Shown here one piece after another: positions 1 to 9,700 of a DNA stretch of 64,000 bases; position 1 is the stretch's first letter; each line of letters opens with the position of its first letter. The position numbers were made by a program, and so were the translations under genes. The notes beneath the pieces are model-generated. The model saw only the letters and a program-made list of their open reading frames with translations. It was not told the origin of the DNA and searched no databases. The stretch is from Gemmatimonadota bacterium (GTDB taxonomy: Bacteria > Gemmatimonadota > Gemmatimonadetes > Longimicrobiales > Gaopeijiaceae). Location of the stretch: positions 2,464,001 through 2,528,000 of the forward strand of contig JAXHMG010000003.1 of assembly GCA_034521595.1 (NCBI GenBank), read 5' to 3'.

Positions 1-2
1 CG

Positions 3-2276
3 TCCTCGAACGGAAGCGGAATCACGCTCGCGTTCTTCACGGCCGCCATCACGGTCTCCGCCGCGCTTCTCTTCGTCGTGCAGCCGATGGTCGGGAAGAT
101 GATCCTGCCTCAGGGGGGCGGCAGCCCGCAGGTCTGGATCACCGCGCTGGTCTTCTTCCAGTCGGCGCTTCTGGCCGGCTACGCCTACGCCCACTACAGC
201 GTGCGCTGGCTGGGACCCCGCCGGCAGATCTTCCTGCACGCCGTGGTCCTGCTGCTTCCGGCGCTCGTCCTCCCCATCGCGCTCCCCGAGTTGCCGGCTC
301 TGGAAGGCGCGCCCCCGTCCCTCTGGATCCTGGCGCTCCTGACGGTAGGGGTGGGGGCTCCGTTCTTCGTGGTCGCCTCCGCGAGTCCGTTGCTCCAGAG
401 CTGGTTCGCCAGCACGAGGCACATGTCGGCCGGGGATCCGTATTTCCTGTACGCAAGCAGCAATGCGGGGAGCCTGGTGGGGCTCCTCGTCTACCCGTTC
501 GTGGTCGAGCCGCTGCTCCCGTTGAGCACCCAGTCCACGGCCTGGGCTCTCGGGTACGCGCTCTTCGTAGTCCTCGCGGCCGGATGCGCCATGGCGGCGT
601 TGCGTTCGGGAAAAGCGGGATTTGCGCGGACCGGCCCGACCACGGAGGTGAAGGCGAACGGCGAAGCAACCCCGACCGCCCTACCGGAGCACCCGGAGCC
701 CGCCCCCGGCGACCGTGCGTTCTGGCTCGCCGCCTCGGCGATCCCTTCGGCGCTCCTCATGGGCGTCACGCACTTCATCACGAGCCGGGTGGCGCCGGTG
801 CCACTCCTCTGGGTGCTGCCCCTCGCTCTGTACCTCATCACCTTCATCGTCGCGTTCTCCCGGTTCCGGACGGTCTCGACGGAGCGGGTATCCCGCCTTC
901 TCGCCATCCTGGGGGTCTTTCTCGCGCTGGCGCTGCTCGCCCGCCTCGGCGACCCGATCTGGCTCATCGTGATCCTGCACTTGGCCGTGCTCACGGTCGG
1001 CGCCCTGCTCTGTCACCAGCGGTTGGCCGACCGCAGACCGGACCCGCGGCACCTCACCGAGTTCTACCTCCTGATCTCGCTCGGCGGCGTCCTGGGTGGT
1101 GCGTTCAGCGCCCTGATCGCGCCCGTGGCCTTCAACGACATCGCGGAGTATCCGATCGCGGTCGCGCTGGCCGCCCTCCTCCGGCTTCCGATGCGCGGCA
1201 CGCGTACCAGGGGTGACGAGGGCGAAGCACCCTCCGAGGCATCCGTCCCTCTTCGCACCCGCGCCCTCGATTTCGCGCTACCCGCGGCGTTGGGCGTGTA
1301 CATGCTCGTCGGCGACCGATTCGTGGCCCCCATGGAATCAGTTCCGGACGGGGTCGTCGTCGTGGTGCTCGCCTTCGTGCCCAGCATCCTGGTGTTCACC
1401 TTCGCGCCGCGGCCGCTCCGGTACGTGCTCGGCCTCTCGCTCCTCTTCTTCTTCGCCCAGTCGGGACAGATGTACCGTGGGAACGTCCTCCACCAGGAGC
1501 GCACCTTCTTCGGCATCCACCGGGTCGTTACGGATCCCGACGAGTCGCTGACCATGCTCTACCACGGAGCCACGGCGCACGGAATCCAGAGCCGCGACCC
1601 CGGGCGGGAGGACGAGCCCCTCGCCTACTACCACCGGAGCGGCCCCGCGGGTAGCATGGTCGCCGCCCTCGCGGAGCAGCCCGACCGCCGGGACATCGCG
1701 CTGGTCGGTGTCGGCACGGGAGCGCTCGCCGCGCTGGCCGGCCCCCACCAACACCTCACCCTCTACGAGATCGACGCGGAAGTTATCGAGATCGCCGAGA
1801 ATCCGCGCTACTTCACCTTTCTCGAGGAGAGCCCCGCGTCCTACGAGACCGTCATCGGAGACGGCCGCATCCAGCTCGCGGAGTCGGAACGGCGCTTCGA
1901 CCTCATCGTGCTCGACGCCTTCACCGGCGGCTCCATCCCCGTCCATCTCCTGACGCGGGAAGCCGTCGAGCTCTACCTCGACCGACTGCGACCCGGCGGC
2001 ATCCTCCTCTTCCATGTCTCCAACAGGCATCTCGCGCTCGCGCCGGTGCTCGCCACCCACGCCCGCGATCTCGAGCTCTTCGCGTACGAGCGCGTCGACG
2101 CGCGCACGGATCTCGAGGAGGGGATCTTCGGCTCGCACTGGGTGACCCTCGTACGACGTCCCGAGGCGCTGGAAGGCGTTCCCGACACGGGCTGGCGCGA
2201 GCTCCGGGCAGCTGCGGGCGCGCGGGCCTGGACGGACGACTTCTCGAACCTGCTCACGGTGCAGCGCTGGTTCTGA
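3..2276 (+). CDS. Multi-pass membrane protein fused to a spermidine-synthase-like SAM-dependent domain (5'-truncated by the window)
   Basis: The frame is open from position 3 (..LAFFTAAITVSAALLFVVQPMVGK). It has many hydrophobic helices, then a C-terminal Rossmann fold with GVGTG, YEID and LDAF motifs, ending in WTDDFSNL. Confidence 0.85.
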   Translation, partial: SSNGSGITLAFFTAAITVSAALLFVVQPMVGKMILPQGGGSPQVWITALVFFQSALLAGYAYAHYSVRWLGPRRQIFLHAVVLLLPALVLPIALPELPALEGAPPSLWILALLTVGVGAPFFVVASASPLLQSWFASTRHMSAGDPYFLYASSNAGSLVGLLVYPFVVEPLLPLSTQSTAWALGYALFVVLAAGCAMAALRSGKAGFARTGPTTEVKANGEATPTALPEHPEPAPGDRAFWLAASAIPSALLMGVTHFITSRVAPVPLLWVLPLALYLITFIVAFSRFRTVSTERVSRLLAILGVFLALALLARLGDPIWLIVILHLAVLTVGALLCHQRLADRRPDPRHLTEFYLLISLGGVLGGAFSALIAPVAFNDIAEYPIAVALAALLRLPMRGTRTRGDEGEAPSEASVPLRTRALDFALPAALGVYMLVGDRFVAPMESVPDGVVVVVLAFVPSILVFTFAPRPLRYVLGLSLLFFFAQSGQMYRGNVLHQERTFFGIHRVVTDPDESLTMLYHGATAHGIQSRDPGREDEPLAYYHRSGPAGSMVAALAEQPDRRDIALVGVGTGALAALAGPHQHLTLYEIDAEVIEIAENPRYFTFLEESPASYETVIGDGRIQLAESERRFDLIVLDAFTGGSIPVHLLTREAVELYLDRLRPGGILLFHVSNRHLALAPVLATHARDLELFAYERVDARTDLEEGIFGSHWVTLVRRPEALEGVPDTGWRELRAAAGARAWTDDFSNLLTVQRWF

Positions 2277-2332
2277 GTCCGCCGGCGCCTCGACCACGGG
2301 CTGCTAGTGTCAGTCGTCGTTCCGCACCGCCG

Positions 2333-3349
2333 TCACGCCCACCCCTCGCTCGCGAACCGCTCCCCGTCCTTGGCCACGATCAGGCCTTCCGCGCCGGGGA
2401 CCCGCTCCAGCATGGCGAGGCCCGCTTCGGGGCCGAGCACGAGCAGGGCCGTCGAGAGGGCATCGGCGTCCATGGCGGTATCGGTCACCACCGTCACGGA
2501 GCTCGTGTGCTCGGGGGAGCGGCCGGTGCGCGGGTCGAGGATGTGGTGGTGGCGCCGGTCCTGGGTAAACGCCTGCATGTAGTCGCCGGACGTCGCCACG
2601 GCCTGCCCTCGCAGGCGAAGCTGCGCGAGAGACCGAGCCGGCTCGTCCGGGTCTTCCACCGCGATCGTCCACGGATCGTCCCGCACGGCCGTCCCTCCCG
2701 AGGCGATGTCACCTCCAGCGTCGACCATGATGCGCTCCGCCCCGGTCGCCGCGATCTCGGCCACGGCCCGGTCGACCACGAACCCCTTGGCGATGCCGTC
2801 CAACGTGAGCGCCATGCCGGGCCGTGTGAAGCGCACCTGCCCGTCACGCACATCCACCCCGTCGAAGCCGACCGCCCGGAGCGCCCGCTCGATCTCCTCC
2901 CGGGTGGGTAGCGAACCGTCCCGTTCGTGGCGGCGCTCGTAGGCGCGCAGCAACGGCGCCACGGTCGGGTCGAACGCTCCGCCGCTCCAATCGTGCATCG
3001 TCCGGGCCCGCCGGAGCACCGCACGGAGCTCGTCCGGCACCGGCGCGAGCATGCCGTCACGGTTGAGCGCCGACATCGGCGTGTTCGCGGCATGCCGGCT
3101 GAGGATGCCTTCGAGTCGCTCGATCTCCGCGAACCCGCTCCGCACGATCGCACGCGCGTGGCCGCCGTCCTCGTGCACGGCCGTGATCGTGACCAGCGTC
3201 CCGAGCCGTGGCCGGGTCTCGGTGACGCGTCGCAATCCGGCGCGCCGGAGAATCTCCAGCGTGAGTCCACCGCCCAGCGCCAGCGCGGCACCGCCGACCG
3301 CGGTGATCCGCAGCACGTCGCGGCGCGTCAGCTCACGAGGCTCAGACAC
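2333..3349 (-). CDS. apbE: FAD:protein FMN transferase (ApbE) with Tat-like signal
   Basis: GAFDPTV, LTLDGIAKGF, ATSGDY, HHILDPRTG and ADALSTA motifs; N-terminal TRRDVL followed by a hydrophobic stretch. Confidence 0.93.
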   Translation of the reverse strand: MSEPRELTRRDVLRITAVGGAALALGGGLTLEILRRAGLRRVTETRPRLGTLVTITAVHEDGGHARAIVRSGFAEIERLEGILSRHAANTPMSALNRDGMLAPVPDELRAVLRRARTMHDWSGGAFDPTVAPLLRAYERRHERDGSLPTREEIERALRAVGFDGVDVRDGQVRFTRPGMALTLDGIAKGFVVDRAVAEIAATGAERIMVDAGGDIASGGTAVRDDPWTIAVEDPDEPARSLAQLRLRGQAVATSGDYMQAFTQDRRHHHILDPRTGRSPEHTSSVTVVTDTAMDADALSTALLVLGPEAGLAMLERVPGAEGLIVAKDGERFASEGWA

Positions 3350-5591
3350 CAGCGCTCTCCCGCTGCCGTCCGTCCTTCAGCTGCACCAGCCTGGGGCGGA
3401 CGTCGGCCATGTCGTGCCGGCACACGCCGACCTTCTCGATGAGGTTCGTCTCGCACCGATTGCACCGCACGCATTCCTTGAAATCGATCTTCGGCCCCTC
3501 GATGGCACCGGTCGGGCAATCGTTCTCGCAGACCTTGCACACGTCGCACTGCTCCACGCGCCCGATCCGGCGAAGAGAGAGAAACGACGCCACGGCGAGC
3601 CCGGCGCCGAGCGGGCACGCGTACCGGCAATAGAAGCGTGGGACGACGGCCGAGGCAACGAGGAACGCGCCGGCGATCATCCACAGGAAAAACGATGGGC
3701 TCAAGAAGAAGACCGTGCCGAACGGCTCGAAGTACTGATAGAGGCTCGTCCGGCTCCCGAGTAGCGCCGGCACGAGGATCAGCGCCAGAATCACGTACTT
3801 CGCCTTGAGGGCGGGCAGGTGGATACGCCGGGGCACGTCGATACGGAAGCGGCGCGGCACCACCCGCTCGATCATGTCCTGGAGCGCTCCGAACGGGCAG
3901 AGCACGCCACAGAAGACCCGCCCCCACACCAACGTCGTCACCACCGTGACGACCACCATGATGAGGAGCGGAAGGTCTCGCAGGAACACGTCAGGCCCGA
4001 CCCAGATGGCGGCGGTGACGTGCGAGATCGACAGAAAGCTCCCGTCCAGAAAGCCGAGAAACGCGATCGTCGCCGCCAGGGCCGCGTAGCGTAGCGCCGT
4101 GTTCTTCAGGAAGAAGGCGACGAGCGCGAGCCCGAGCACGAAGCTGAGCCCCACGACCCGCGACCAGTCGGTTCCGGCCAACGTCCGTGCCAGCTCGGAC
4201 TCCTCTTCCACCGTGGAGAAGTCGAACGCCCCCTCTTGCGTCCGTGGAGGGGGCGAAGAATCCGTCGGGCCGGTGGACGTCGCCTCACCGCTCGCGGCCA
4301 TCCCGGTCCCTGCGGAGTCGACAGGCTCTTCGTCGAACTCCTCCTCCTCCGATGTCCCGGCAACGAGCTCGGCGTCGGGCGCGCCCGTAGGTTCCGCATC
4401 GGTCGATGGCTCGCCCGGGGAAGGTGCCGTGGCACCTTCGACCGCGGCGTCCGCGCCGGGTTCGTCGACCGAGTCCGCCGTCGGCTCGGGGGCTTCCACC
4501 GCGGGAGCATCGGCTACGGAGGGCTCGGTCGCGGCGACAGCCGCGGATTCGGGGGAAGGAGGAGCCTGCTCATCGAGGGCATCGAAGTAGGTCAGGTAAT
4601 GGCCCTCGTGGTCGTCCAGGTCGTACATCATGGTGAACGGCCGGGTCACGTCGATCCGGTCGTCGAGCATGAACACCCCGGCCATCACCGCCTCACCGTC
4701 CACCCGTCCACCCCGCGTCATCCCCAGCGAGTAGATCTGGCTCCTCGGCAGCTCGAGGGTGTCACCACCCTGCTCGACGTACCAACCCTCCCGCACGAAC
4801 AGGCGCAGCCGCGGTCCCTCGAGCGCGTACATGAGGTAGGTGGGGTCCTCGACGTTCTGCCGTTCGGCCGCGGCGTGGAGGCGCGGCACGTCTTCCTCGC
4901 CGACAAAGAACTCGGCGATCGAGTCGTTGGGCAGGTGTGTCATCGAGATGTCGAGGTAGCCCTGATCGTCCTCGATGAGCATCCGCTTCAACACCCCGCG
5001 GGAGCGCATCTCGAACCACGAAAGCTCCTCGAGGACGATCGGGCCCTGCTCGACGTCCCCCAAAACTTCCTCGCCGTACGCCTGAGCCACCCGCCGACTC
5101 GCGTTCCGGATGCCGCGAGCGAGCGCCCGCGTGCTGATCGTCGCGCGCGTGACACCATCCACGTCCCCGTTCACCTCGAACGGGTCCGCGACGCTCTTCC
5201 CGGCGAACTGCTCCTGGACGCCGTCTCGTCGAAGAAAGTCCCCCATGCTGCTCCGGTAGGACTCGTAGTACTCCGTCACGCGCGCCCCCGTGAGGCGGCC
5301 GTCCACCCCCAGTCCCACGATCGCCCGCACCGGTCCGCTGTAGCCTTGTTGTTCCGGAGGAATGTCCCGCGTTAGAAACACGAAGCCGAGGAGCTCCTCG
5401 CCGTCGTAGGCCCGGATGACCGGTGGGTCGCCCCTCTTGCTCTCGAAACGGTCCGCGCCCGGCATGACCTCTTCGAGTCGGTCCCGGGAGATCCCCGAGA
5501 CCGACTGTGCCCCGAGGTCCACGGCGAGAACCGCGCAGAGGAGCAGCAGCGCGCACGGCACGCGCGAGGGAAACGGTAGGTGAGAGGCCAT
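3342..5591 (-). CDS. NosR/NirI-like membrane protein: extracytosolic FMN-binding domain, acidic linker, TM region and 4Fe-4S domains
   Basis: Signal peptide from ATG 5591; GYSGP and VDGVTRATIS (FMN_bind-like); GRVFCGVLCPFGALQD, EPF, CRYACPLG, CxxCxxCxxxCP and CxxCxxC. Overlaps the apbE start by 8 bp. Confidence 0.85.
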   Translation of the reverse strand: MASHLPFPSRVPCALLLLCAVLAVDLGAQSVSGISRDRLEEVMPGADRFESKRGDPPVIRAYDGEELLGFVFLTRDIPPEQQGYSGPVRAIVGLGVDGRLTGARVTEYYESYRSSMGDFLRRDGVQEQFAGKSVADPFEVNGDVDGVTRATISTRALARGIRNASRRVAQAYGEEVLGDVEQGPIVLEELSWFEMRSRGVLKRMLIEDDQGYLDISMTHLPNDSIAEFFVGEEDVPRLHAAAERQNVEDPTYLMYALEGPRLRLFVREGWYVEQGGDTLELPRSQIYSLGMTRGGRVDGEAVMAGVFMLDDRIDVTRPFTMMYDLDDHEGHYLTYFDALDEQAPPSPESAAVAATEPSVADAPAVEAPEPTADSVDEPGADAAVEGATAPSPGEPSTDAEPTGAPDAELVAGTSEEEEFDEEPVDSAGTGMAASGEATSTGPTDSSPPPRTQEGAFDFSTVEEESELARTLAGTDWSRVVGLSFVLGLALVAFFLKNTALRYAALAATIAFLGFLDGSFLSISHVTAAIWVGPDVFLRDLPLLIMVVVTVVTTLVWGRVFCGVLCPFGALQDMIERVVPRRFRIDVPRRIHLPALKAKYVILALILVPALLGSRTSLYQYFEPFGTVFFLSPSFFLWMIAGAFLVASAVVPRFYCRYACPLGAGLAVASFLSLRRIGRVEQCDVCKVCENDCPTGAIEGPKIDFKECVRCNRCETNLIEKVGVCRHDMADVRPRLVQLKDGRQRESAGV

Positions 5592-5878
5592 GGTGATTGG
5601 CGGCGACCCGGATACATGGACACGAACGACGGGTTCGGACCCCGCAAGGACACCCTGAACCCGGCGGCTGCTGACGGACCGCGGGGACTGACGGGTGCTT
5701 CCGGCTCCGTAACCGACGGCCGCGGGCCTTCCAACCTGGAACCGAGCCCCCACAGCGTACCGACCCGCTATACCGCGACGCAACACGTCGATCAGGCCGT
5801 GCCCTGTCGAAGTCTCCGGATCGTGCGCATAATGATGCTCGATGTGGTGTAGGGTATTGGACTCCAAGGAGGATGAAT

Positions 5879-6727
5879 ATGAAGAAGTGGTCCCGCGCGC
5901 CGTTCGCGCTGATCATGGGCGTCAGCGTCGCGGTGACGCCGGTGTCCGCGCAGCAGGAGCGCCACGACATGTCGACGTTCGAGCGTCCGATCGAGATGGC
6001 GGACAACGTCTGGATCGAGGAGCTCACCATGCCCGAGGTTCGGGACCTGCTCCGGAGCGGCACGAACACCGCGCTCATCCTGACCGGCGGCATCGAAGAG
6101 AACGGGCCATACCTGACCACCGGCAAGCACAACCACGTGCTCCGCGTGACGGGAGAGGCCATCGCCCGAAAGCTCGGGGATGCGCTCATTGCTCCGATCG
6201 TCACCATCGAGCCCGGCAATCCGGAAAATGCCGACACACCCGGCGGAATCCGCTATTCCCAGGAAACCTATCGGGCGGTGCTGCGCGACTACGCGATGAG
6301 CCTCAAGGCCCAGGGCTTCACCCGCATCTTCATGATGGGCGACAGCGGCGGCAACCTGCGCGGCATGGAAGAAGTCGCCTCGGAACTCAGCGAGAAGTGG
6401 GCTAACGAGGACGTGCTCGTCGCCCACGTCGACGAGTACTACAACTACGATGACGTGCTGCAGTACCAGATCGACGTGCTCGGCGTCCCCGAGACACGGT
6501 ACGCGGACGGGTTCCACGACAACTACTACATCACGTCGATCATCATGAACGACGATCCCCGGTTCGTCCGCTTCGAGGAGCGGCTCGAGGCCGACAAGGC
6601 CTCGATCAACGGGATCCCGATCTCGCCGATCGGTGAAACGCTCGAGCACGGACGCAGGCTGATCGACTTCCGTGCGGACGCGACAGTGGAGGCCATCCGC
6701 GAGCTCATCGCGGAGCACTCGCACTGA
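5879..6727 (+). CDS. Secreted creatininase-family (amidohydrolase-fold) protein
   Basis: RBS AAGGAGG at 5866-5872; signal peptide ending VSA-Q; EELTMPEV, GGIEENGPYL and GDSGGN motifs. Confidence 0.8.
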   Translation: MKKWSRAPFALIMGVSVAVTPVSAQQERHDMSTFERPIEMADNVWIEELTMPEVRDLLRSGTNTALILTGGIEENGPYLTTGKHNHVLRVTGEAIARKLGDALIAPIVTIEPGNPENADTPGGIRYSQETYRAVLRDYAMSLKAQGFTRIFMMGDSGGNLRGMEEVASELSEKWANEDVLVAHVDEYYNYDDVLQYQIDVLGVPETRYADGFHDNYYITSIIMNDDPRFVRFEERLEADKASINGIPISPIGETLEHGRRLIDFRADATVEAIRELIAEHSH

Positions 6728-6740
6728 CGGGTCGGTCGGG

Positions 6741-6772
6741 AGCGGGCGGTTCCCCTCGAGGAGCCGCCCGCT
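6741..6772. terminator. GC-rich hairpin between convergent genes
   Basis: AGCGGGCGGTTCC pairs with GGAGCCGCCCGCT (one G-U); lies between convergent stop codons. Confidence 0.6.
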
Positions 6773-6784
6773 TCACGACTGTTG

Positions 6785-9700
6785 CTACGACACCACCCCT
6801 CCGGGCTCGATGCGCACCCGGGCCCGCCCGGCGCTACAAGGCCACAGTGGCGTGACCGACAGGCCCTGCACGGAGGATTCCGCCCCTCGCTCGGACTTGG
6901 ACATCGTGCGGATCTCGTAGCGCCACCAATCGGCGGGCTCCGGATCGGTCACGAGCGCCACGTCCCGGGAAAGGGAGAGCTCCGGCGCGAACCACGCGTC
7001 CTCCGGAAACGCCGCCGGATCCCACCGGTACGCGATCTCCAGCGCCCCGTCTTCCTCGAACGTCAGCTCCTTCATCAACGCACCCCGGCCCTCGAACGAG
7101 AGGGCGATTCGGACCACTCCATCCGCCGTCTCGTGCGCGTGCTCCGGCCGCTCCGACGACCAGACCCTGAGCGGCTCGTAGTCCGCGATCTCGTACGTCT
7201 CCCGGTCGAGCGCTCCGTCCAACACACGCTCGACGGTCAGGGCCCGGTCCTCCGCGTCGTAGGGGGGGAGCTCGGTGAAGCCCAGCCGTTCCTCCATATC
7301 GTGGATCGACGGCATGCCCTCATCGGGGGCGGCCTTGTCGTGACGGTCGCTCGAGCCGCCCCCGCCGCTGTCGCGCCCTTCCGACCCGGATACGCCGACG
7401 CTGCCGCTCCCCGCATCCTTGTCGGTGTCCGCTCCAGCCCGGTGGTAGCTTTCCCAGCGCCTCGTGAGCACGTCGCCGAGGTTCAGGCGCGCGGCGAAGC
7501 TCGTGAGCTCGGTGACGGCACCGCCACGGTCCAGATCGACCATGCTCGAAAAGGCATGGGAGTGCACCCAGAGCTCCCGGGTGCCGTTTCCACCCACCGC
7601 CAACCCTTCGAGCTCGAGCGGTTCCCCCACCCGTAGCGCCTCCTCGGCCTCGGCGAGGCTGGCCCATATCGCTTCTCGAAGGTGCTTCAGGTACAACCCG
7701 CCGAACACTCCGTGCCAATACGCGTCGTTGCACCGCGCGCGACCGACGGCATGGCGAACGGCGGGGGGAGCGTCGCGTTGGCGCGCCAGATCGGCGAGGA
7801 GCGAGGCCTTCCTGTGCATGCGTCCCGACTCGGGATACATCGACATGAAGTTGCGCCAGTGCCCGCCCCGCACGAACCGGGCACCGACGTCCGCGACGCC
7901 GATGCGCTCGAGGGTCTCCTCGATCCCTTCCAACGCCACGGCGGAAGCGGCCGGCAGCGACCACCCTTCCATCTCACGGTACGCCGCGGAGGGCAGGTAG
8001 GACGGACCGGCGTGCGGCACGGTCTCGACGGCCTCTCCGGCGCCGAGCATCTCCACGACGCCTTCGTCCACCAGCCGCGTCATCGTGTCGAGGAAGTCCT
8101 CCAACCAGCCGGACTCCCAGACCCACTCGGCGGTCCCTGGCCATCCACCGAACTTCTCCCCGTCGTCAGCGAGGATGGCGAGCGGGTAGTCCTCGCCCCG
8201 CAGCCCACGCACGTAATCCTCGAGCTCCGAGACCGGTCGGAACGGGACGAGATACCGCAAGCGCTCGTCGATCGGGAGAAGCGCCATGCCGTGGCCACCC
8301 GCTTCCGTGGTGTGCGGGCGGTGAAGGGTCTCCGGGGGATGACCCGCGACGAGGAAGTGCCGGTCGTCCACGAAAGCATGGCGAACCCCCGCCCCAACCA
8401 GATCCTCGGCCAGATCGGGCTCCCACACACGCTCGGTGAGCCAGAGCCCCGAGGCTTCGACACCGAACCGACGCTCCACCCACTCGCTCATCCACTCGAT
8501 CTGCTCGAAGCGCTCGGTCCGTGAGAGCGCCGGCAGAACGGGCTCGTACAATCCGGACAGAAGCATCTCGACTTGGCCTTCAGAGGCCAGATCGCCGATC
8601 CGGTCGAGAAGCGGGTGGCGGGCCCGCTCGAGCCACTCCAAGAGCGGCCCCGACACGTGCAGGGAGAGCGGAAGAAGCTCGCGGTCGGCCAGACGCTCGA
8701 GAAAGGGCAGGTAAACCTCGTCCGTATGGCTCCGGAAGACCGAATCGAAGTTTCCCACGGGCTGGTGAAGGTGCAGGCCGAACACGAAACCGACGGGCCT
8801 CCGCCCCCCGAGCGCTCGTGGTTGGAAGGACGACTCGCCGAAGCCCAGCGCATGCGCCACCCGCCGGCTGGACTCGTCCGGGCCCGCCGGAACGCGGGAT
8901 GTGTGGTGCGCGAAGAGGGTCTGTGCGGCCCGGAGCGTTTCGTGGTCCTCCGGCCTCAGGGCGTGCGCGCGGGCGGAGGCTTCACGGGCCGCTTCCGGCC
9001 CCGGAGCACGCAGAAAGCGCCGTACGGCCGTGAGCAAGGGCGCATCCCGCACGCGAGTGCCCTTGCGCGCGTCCGAGCCCGACGGGGTCCGGGCGGGCTC
9101 GCCACCCGACACGAATTCCGGGGCTACCTCCGCGCTCGTTCCTGTTATGGGGCGCCCGCGCCGGACACCCTCGTCCCAGATCCGGCGCCCGTCACCCACC
9201 GCCGGATCGTTGCTCTCGGCTTCCGCGAGGCGAGCGCGCAGACGCTCTTCCCACGCCCCACCGGCAAGCCCGAGCAGGTCCAGCGCGTGCGCCGCGTACC
9301 GCAACACCTGCAGGGGCTCGAGCCTCGCCAGGTCGTCGAAGAACCATCCACACGAGGTGAACATCCGGAGCGCGTCCACCTCCGCCTCCAGCAGCGCGAC
9401 GAGCCGCTCGATCCCTTCCGCGTCGAGCCCGGGGCGTGCTCTGTCGCGCACGAACGCGCGCTTGTCGGCCAACGTTCCCTCGAGGACCCGGCCGTACGCA
9501 TCCCGGAGAGCCCACGGATCGTCGAGCCAGACGGACGCTTCCTCCTCGAACAGGGCATGAATATCACCTGCGAGCTCGTCGAGCGCGTCCCGCAGCACCT
9601 TGCGCCACGCCTGCTGCGTGTCTTCGTGGGGCGCGACCTTGCACCCACATGCGGCTCGCCAACGCTCGACGCCGTGCGCGCACGACCAGGAGCTCGGCTC

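Noticed and set aside
5592-5867. N-terminal extension of the NosR-like ORF and the 90-aa ORF 5580-5852
   Set aside because: The signal peptide begins at ATG 5591; the region is better explained as a divergent promoter region.
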